Shown: positions 7,000 to 11,792 of the stretch, piece by piece
Position numbering within the stretch: the first letter of the stretch is position 1
Layout: every line of letters begins with the position of its first letter
Program-made: the position numbers and the translations under genes
Notes under the pieces: model-generated
What the model was told of the DNA's origin: nothing
The model's database searches: none
What the model saw: the letters and a program-made list of their open reading frames with translations, nothing else
From: Candidatus Micrarchaeaceae archaeon
GTDB lineage: Archaea > Micrarchaeota > Micrarchaeia > Micrarchaeales > Micrarchaeaceae
Direction: 5' to 3'
Assembly: GCA_050013715.1 (NCBI GenBank)
Contig: JBEKES010000028.1
Location: 1 to 11,792, forward strand
DNA length: 11,792 bases

Positions 7000-9417
7000 A
7001 TGATTAATTACATAAAACTTATCCTATATGCAATTATTCTTAGTTCTCTTGTGGTTATTTCACCATATGCCATTAAAATACCTTCAAACGTGCTTTATTA
7101 CCTGCCAATAAATGTGATAAACCAAAACTCAATTCCAGTAGGTGCAAGCACTCCGATTGCAATAGGAATAACTGCAAATCAGTTCAATACTGCAAATGTA
7201 ATGGGATTCAATGCGCTTAAATACCAAAGATACTACACATGCAATCTAAATAATGCAGAATTCTTCTTTGCCAATGGTACTGTTGCAACCTCCTGGCTGG
7301 AAGGAAATGTGCAGAATGAATTGGCTGCCAATGCTGCATGCACTGGAACCTCTTCGACTAATGCGCTATACAACTCTGAAAACGTTCTCTACTGGGTTTT
7401 GATACCTGGAAATGAATTCCTCCCTGCAAATACAGGCATAGCTGTTGCAAATACGATCTACCTAGGATGGACGGGCAATGTAATATCACAATCTAATGTA
7501 CTTCTTGGAGGGCCTACTGGTGAAGCGCCTCAATTAAGCTGCTCTAATCCATGGAGTACCTACGCATGTTCTGGAATATACGGCCAGTATGACAACGGCC
7601 AAAGCATATTCAATTTCTATGATAACTTCTCCGGATCTACCCTAAGTCCAAAATGGAATCTTGGCATAATAGCTCCGGATTACTCAATTTCTAATGGGAT
7701 AGTGCTTACTCCAGCTTCTTTCTTCGGGGTAAGTGATCAGCTAGAAAGCCAAAGCACATACAATAAAGGCAATATCACGGACATGCTTGGCAATTATACA
7801 ACCAATTACGTTAGCGGCCAATACTATACTGCAGGATTTGGCTTTACTGATACATTCTTTGATTTCATAGGCGGAGGATATTCCGGTGGCAACTTTGGGA
7901 TTGGGTCATCCGAACCTCCATACCAGATTGCAACAGAAACCTATCCAAGCACTAAAACACCATTGCCGTTTACCGTAGAGTATAATCTTTCTGGTGATAT
8001 AAATTTCTATTATGATTATCAGACAGAACTCTCTACGCCATCGCATATTCCTACTTTCCCATTAGGGGTTGGGTTCTTCCTTCAATCCGGATCAGCAACA
8101 ACCATAAATGCTATTTGGATACGTTCGCGCAGTTATCCGCCGAATGGAATACTTCCCAGCACAGCAACTTTCAGCGCACCCATAGCTTCCCCAAATGAAG
8201 CTTCCTTGAGTCTGTCAAATACTTTAATAGACCAAGGCCAGTCAATACTGTTCACTGCAACATTTGTAAGCGGCAGTTCTCCCTATACTTACAATTATCA
8301 GATAGTAAATACAATAACAGGAAATACTGTTGCAAATATGCTCTTTACTGGCTGCACAATAACAACAAATACTTTCCTATGGACGCCTCCAATTACATTG
8401 TTGGGCAATTCTCTGAAGGCGAATGTAATTATCACAGATGCCAATGCTTTAGTTACAAGCTCTGCCTATTACACCATTGGCTATAACTCCGCAATCAATA
8501 CCCCTTCTCTGTATCAATTAAACACCAATCTGGACCAGGGCCAATCTCAAACGATTGCAGCATATGAAAGTGGTGGAACAGGTCCATATGCCTATAATTT
8601 CTTGGTATTCAATTCAGTTACTAATACTCTTCTAGCATCGCAGAGTTCTGCTTCAAATACATTCACATTCATAACCAATACAGTAATGGCAGCGCAATCT
8701 CCCCTAAAGGCAAACGTGCTAATAACCGACAGCGCTACAACAATCGAATCAGCAAATTCCATAAACAGTGCCAATGCTGTCGTCAATTCATTGACCCTTT
8801 CAATAATTCCTTCCATAAATCCTATCCAATCAGGGAACTCTGAGACATTTACCTTTACCATAATGGGAGGTACAGGGAAATTCAATGTCGCACTGTATAA
8901 TGTTACTTCTGGTTCAAGCCAGATAGGCAAGAATGTACTAATATTTAATTCCGGTGGAACAAACTCGGTAAACTTCAGCACATCAACAGGCTCTACTGGC
9001 ATAACACTGAATTACAATGCATCTGCAACAGACGGAGGAACCACGACGCCATTTACATTCAATGCAACAACAAGCATAAGGGTATATCCATATTCACCAT
9101 CACTTCAGCAGAGTGGTGGAGGGTATTGTCACCCTTATCCTAATTGCATTTATCCAGGATCAACAGAAACTTCAACTGTTGTAACAACCACATCCTCATC
9201 ATCATTAACTAGCATAACAACTTTGATTAGTTCCTCATTTACCACATTATCAACAATTTCTACTAAATCATCTACTTCAGTATCAACATTAACAACAACC
9301 ATAACACAGCAAAGCTACTGTACATATAATTGCAATAATCCTCTTTCGCCATTAATCAATGGATTTATCAGTTTCTTGAATAAGTTGTTTGGATTGCATT
9401 TATCATATTGGAATTAA
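7000..9417 (+). CDS. Secreted surface protein: DUF2341-like N-terminal region, Ig-like modules, S/T stalk
   Basis: Signal peptide MINYIKLILYAIILSSLVVISPYA; GQYDNG..IFNFYDNFSG and WIRSRSYPPNG motifs; (I/L)DQGQS...SG...PY.YN modules; S/T tract; terminal GFISFLNKLFG. Confidence 0.85.
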   Translation: MINYIKLILYAIILSSLVVISPYAIKIPSNVLYYLPINVINQNSIPVGASTPIAIGITANQFNTANVMGFNALKYQRYYTCNLNNAEFFFANGTVATSWLEGNVQNELAANAACTGTSSTNALYNSENVLYWVLIPGNEFLPANTGIAVANTIYLGWTGNVISQSNVLLGGPTGEAPQLSCSNPWSTYACSGIYGQYDNGQSIFNFYDNFSGSTLSPKWNLGIIAPDYSISNGIVLTPASFFGVSDQLESQSTYNKGNITDMLGNYTTNYVSGQYYTAGFGFTDTFFDFIGGGYSGGNFGIGSSEPPYQIATETYPSTKTPLPFTVEYNLSGDINFYYDYQTELSTPSHIPTFPLGVGFFLQSGSATTINAIWIRSRSYPPNGILPSTATFSAPIASPNEASLSLSNTLIDQGQSILFTATFVSGSSPYTYNYQIVNTITGNTVANMLFTGCTITTNTFLWTPPITLLGNSLKANVIITDANALVTSSAYYTIGYNSAINTPSLYQLNTNLDQGQSQTIAAYESGGTGPYAYNFLVFNSVTNTLLASQSSASNTFTFITNTVMAAQSPLKANVLITDSATTIESANSINSANAVVNSLTLSIIPSINPIQSGNSETFTFTIMGGTGKFNVALYNVTSGSSQIGKNVLIFNSGGTNSVNFSTSTGSTGITLNYNASATDGGTTTPFTFNATTSIRVYPYSPSLQQSGGGYCHPYPNCIYPGSTETSTVVTTTSSSSLTSITTLISSSFTTLSTISTKSSTSVSTLTTTITQQSYCTYNCNNPLSPLINGFISFLNKLFGLHLSYWN

Positions 9418-9499
9418 AAATTTCCTTTGCTCTCATCGTTCTCTTCGCAACAATGCTAAGTGCCCCATCACCATACAAAAGCAATAACTTACTAAATAT

Positions 9500-10441
9500 T
9501 TAGATATAAAACTTTAAAAAGTCTTTAACTTGCTTATAGTATTGTTCTAGCACAAAATCAACCAATACTTTTGCATTATCTTTTTCTGTAGAATTTATTA
9601 ATGCATCAAAATATTCTTCTTTTTCAATAGAAACATTGAGCAATGGGAAACCTTCATCAATTAGTGTTTTGTTAAATATGAGTCTGCATATTCTCTTGTT
9701 ACCATCAAGAAATGGATGAATTCTATAAAGCTTATAATGTGAAATTGTTGCCTTTTCTATCGGATTAAGTTTGCTATTTCCATACCATTCAATAAACTCA
9801 TCGAGAAGTTTCTCAATTCTATCTGGTGTTGGTGGCCGATAGGAAAGTTCAATGCTTATTCCACTTTCACCAATCTTGTGAAGATATACTTGTTTGTTTC
9901 TAAGAAGACCTGGCGTTTTTGTTTCAAAACTCGCCATTGTCATTTTATGTAATCTGAAAAGATAGTTTTTATCAAGACTATGTTTTTCTTTTATTGATTC
10001 AACTGCATTAAGCATGTTTTTGCTTACCTGTTCTTTTTGGGTAAAATGTGAATTCTTTTCAAATGCATTCTTTACATCATTTAAGTTTACATCTACCTCC
10101 TCTGTTGTAAGCGTTGTAAGGGTGAATAATATTGTATTATCAATATCATATTTTCGTTTCTTTGATTCGGTTAAATTTTCATATTTTTTATTAAATAGAT
10201 CACGAAATAACAGAGCTTTTATTACATCATCTGTATCGGTTAATTCATAGGTATATATTTTAGTAGCTAATTTTTCTATTATTTCTATTCTGAACATATT
10301 TTCTATCTTTGCCAATTCTTTTTCTGATGGTTTTTTAGCACCTATATACTTGCTAAAGCTCTTTGACTTGTTTATCAAAAAGTAGCTTAAGAAAGAATAG
10401 TAATACTTTTTACCTTTGATTTTCTTTATAACAAGGGTCAT
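9500..10441 (-). CDS. Fic/Doc family protein
   Basis: IHPFLDGNKRICR at 9721-9683, LHK helix, PGLLR..QVY and PP flap, basic N-terminal IKKIKGKKYYY region. Confidence 0.92.
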   Translation of the reverse strand: MTLVIKKIKGKKYYYSFLSYFLINKSKSFSKYIGAKKPSEKELAKIENMFRIEIIEKLATKIYTYELTDTDDVIKALLFRDLFNKKYENLTESKKRKYDIDNTILFTLTTLTTEEVDVNLNDVKNAFEKNSHFTQKEQVSKNMLNAVESIKEKHSLDKNYLFRLHKMTMASFETKTPGLLRNKQVYLHKIGESGISIELSYRPPTPDRIEKLLDEFIEWYGNSKLNPIEKATISHYKLYRIHPFLDGNKRICRLIFNKTLIDEGFPLLNVSIEKEEYFDALINSTEKDNAKVLVDFVLEQYYKQVKDFLKFYI

Positions 10442-10448
10442 AAATAAT

Positions 10449-10524
10449 TTAGGTAGATGAAAATATTTAAATCTATCTACCTAACTGATTTAGGTAGATG
10501 AAAAATATAGTATTAATCTACCTA
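10449..10524. promoter_or_regulatory. Two tandem palindromic sites TAGGTAGAT-N16-ATCTACCTA upstream of the fic gene
   Basis: Arms at 10449-10458/10475-10484 and 10491-10499/10516-10524. Both spacers are 16 nt, the period is 41 bp, and the first spacer contains TTTAAAT. Confidence 0.75.
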
Positions 10525-10595
10525 GATATACTTTAGTAATGTACGCCCATTCATATTTTGTCTTATTTACAGTCAATTTGATGTCGATATTGCTC

Positions 10596-10671
10596 CCATC
10601 GAACAGAGCATTTTCTGTTCAAATCCCTTTTGGTGTCAATTAGCACCAATTGAGTGTAAGTGATATTACTA
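10596..10671. repeat. Intergenic direct repeat, copy R1
   Basis: 70/76 identical to 11406-11481. Ends on the PIN gene stop codon. Hairpins GAACAGA-N6-TCTGTTC and TGGTG-N8-CACCA. Confidence 0.92.
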
Positions 10672-11082
10672 CTGTGCTAGTAACTTCAATATATGTTCTG
10701 TTTTGAATACTTTAATTTTCTCTTTATTTTCGTAATGTCTATCATTAGTCCAAATTCCATCACATTTTAGTGCAAGATAAACTGCAACATATGGAACATC
10801 TAGTGCATCTTCAACCATCAGAAGTTTTGCTTCGGAAATCTTATTTTCATATTCAGCATGGGGTAGAATATGTATGTGTTTCAAGAGCAAAGTTATCAAT
10901 AATTTCAGTTCTTCTTTACCTAATCCACTCTTTTTCATTAAATAAGTTTTATATTTTTCTATTTCTTCTACCAAAAATTCTGGTGAAGCCAGAACGAATT
11001 CATCACTTACAATTATTTTTCTTGCTTCGCTATTCCTAATAATTGCAGCAATGATACTATTTGCATCCACAACAAGCATCAT
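10669..11082 (-). CDS. PIN-domain toxin (VapC-like)
   Basis: VVDANSIIAA, EEIEKY, D..DVPYVAVYL, IWTNDRHY. ATGA overlap with the upstream antitoxin. Confidence 0.9.
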   Translation of the reverse strand: MMLVVDANSIIAAIIRNSEARKIIVSDEFVLASPEFLVEEIEKYKTYLMKKSGLGKEELKLLITLLLKHIHILPHAEYENKISEAKLLMVEDALDVPYVAVYLALKCDGIWTNDRHYENKEKIKVFKTEHILKLLAQ

Positions 11083-11303
11083 ATTAATCTGTGTCTTTTT
11101 GCTATACCCTCTTTTATCTTTCTACCTATCTCTATTGCATCTTTTTCAGTCAATTTACTTTTCGACACTAACTGATCCATTAGTTTAAGTTCTTCTGCTT
11201 TTTCAACTAATGCTTGTCTTGCCACCTCACTCCACTTTATTTCCTTGTGCCTTTTCATTACGGCCATAAGTTCTTCTGGAACTGCAAAAGTCATATTTGT
11301 CAT
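11079..11303 (-). CDS. Ribbon-helix-helix (CopG-like) antitoxin
   Basis: MTNMTFAVPEEL...IKWSEVARQAL; GGTGA RBS at 11315-11311; translationally coupled to the PIN gene. Confidence 0.85.
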   Translation of the reverse strand: MTNMTFAVPEELMAVMKRHKEIKWSEVARQALVEKAEELKLMDQLVSKSKLTEKDAIEIGRKIKEGIAKRHRLI

Positions 11304-11333
11304 ATCTAATTCACCATAAGTATATTAAGTAGA

Positions 11334-11351
11334 ATAAGTATAAATACTTAT
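11334..11351. promoter_or_regulatory. Palindrome over a TATA-like box, putative RHH operator
   Basis: ATAAGTAT-AA-ATACTTAT about 30-48 nt upstream of the antitoxin start. Confidence 0.55.
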
Positions 11352-11405
11352 CTAATATACGAGGAATATAAAAATAAACATTAAAGACTGAATGCCGTAA
11401 CTGTT

Positions 11406-11481
11406 CCATCGAACAGAGCGTTTTCTGTCCAAATCCCTTTTGGTGTCAATTAGCACCATTTGGATGTAAGTGGTATTACTA
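11406..11481. repeat. Intergenic direct repeat, copy R2
   Basis: 70/76 identical to 10596-10671 at an offset of 810 bp, with a 29-bp perfectly identical centre. Confidence 0.92.
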
Positions 11482-11514
11482 TCTTTTACCATATTTTATA
11501 ACTTTTGAATAGGA

Positions 11515-11544
11515 AAGTATATATATTTATAAGGTTATATACTT
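11515..11544 (+). promoter_or_regulatory. Inverted repeat flanking a TATA-like box upstream of the wHTH gene
   Basis: AAGTATATA-N12 (containing TTTATAA)-TATATACTT, followed by an AGGTG RBS at 11548-11552. Confidence 0.5.
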
Positions 11545-11558
11545 ATTAGGTGTAAAAG

Positions 11559-11792
11559 ATGCAGGAACAAATGCAAAAAGAGATATTACATTACCCTACT
11601 CTTAAAACGATACTTGCAATAGAAGAAGTAATCAAAAGGGCAAATAATCCATTAAGCCGGAATAAGATACTGGAAAAATTACCGACCAAGGTAATGCGTT
11701 CCACATTGAATCTTGCTCTTGATTACATGGAAAGAAGAGGCATGGTACTTGAAACAAAAAAAGGCTTCATTTGGACCTTTAATCCGAGCAAG
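11559..11792 (+). CDS. Small winged-helix-type protein, truncated by the window end (not in the ORF track)
   Basis: Manual translation MQEQMQKEILHYPTLKTILAIEEVIKRANNPLSRNKILEKLPTKVMRSTLNLALDYMERRGMVLETKKGFIWTFNPSK...: 78 open codons, an RBS, and a helix-turn-helix plus wing pattern. Confidence 0.8.
   Translation, partial: MQEQMQKEILHYPTLKTILAIEEVIKRANNPLSRNKILEKLPTKVMRSTLNLALDYMERRGMVLETKKGFIWTFNPSK

Noticed and set aside
9418..9499. CCCATC at about 9464 as a fourth repeat copy, or a PIN remnant on the minus strand
   Set aside because: The similarity does not extend beyond a few bases or residues.
10449..10524. Mini CRISPR array or Xer/dif site
   Set aside because: Only two units with no unique spacers or cas genes; the 16-nt centre does not fit the 6-bp dif spacer.
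10539..10643. 34-aa plus-strand ORF MYAHSYF...PSNRAFSVQIPFGVN
   Set aside because: Two R1/R2 differences are synonymous in this frame, but R2 has no start codon, there is an indel upstream, and the repeat continues past the stop.
10565..10650. Cobalamin riboswitch or tRNA fragment (minus strand GGTGC...AAAAGGGA, GTTCGA)
   Set aside because: Superficial only: no CCC partner or B12 box, no cloverleaf, and unrelated downstream genes.
4218..11039. Short ORFs opposite thrC, NUDIX, vapBC, the second surface gene, fic and PIN
   Set aside because: They overlap better-supported genes on the other strand and show no motifs.
10596..11481. R1/R2 as a DGR template/variable repeat pair
   Set aside because: Only 4 of the 6 differences are at adenines of one copy, neither copy is in a clear target gene, and there is no reverse transcriptase in the window.
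11352..11492. 46-aa minus-strand ORF MVKDSNTTYIQMVLIDTKRD...
   Set aside because: The R1/R2 differences change amino acids in this frame and there is no recognisable motif or RBS.

Overview
An archaeal accessory region, probably from a DPANN (Micrarchaeota-like) genome. The taxonomy is inferred from GGTGA-type RBS motifs, archaeal-type TA genes and sequon-rich surface proteins. Left to right it holds: a giant 5'-truncated membrane-anchored surface protein with eight alternating ~100-aa beta-rich repeats; a minus-strand run of a CYTH remnant, a NUDIX hydrolase and a threonine synthase-like gene; a VapBC pair; a second secreted surface protein carrying one copy of the same repeat module; a Fic/Doc protein with a duplicated palindromic operator; an RHH-PIN toxin-antitoxin pair; and a 3'-truncated winged-helix gene missing from the ORF track. 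The most unusual signal is an unannotated structured intergenic repeat. Two copies (70/76 identical, 810 bp apart) bracket the RHH-PIN module, and a degenerate third copy lies upstream of the other TA module, giving a cassette-like layout with no recombinase in the window. All calls were made by eye and no searches were run.
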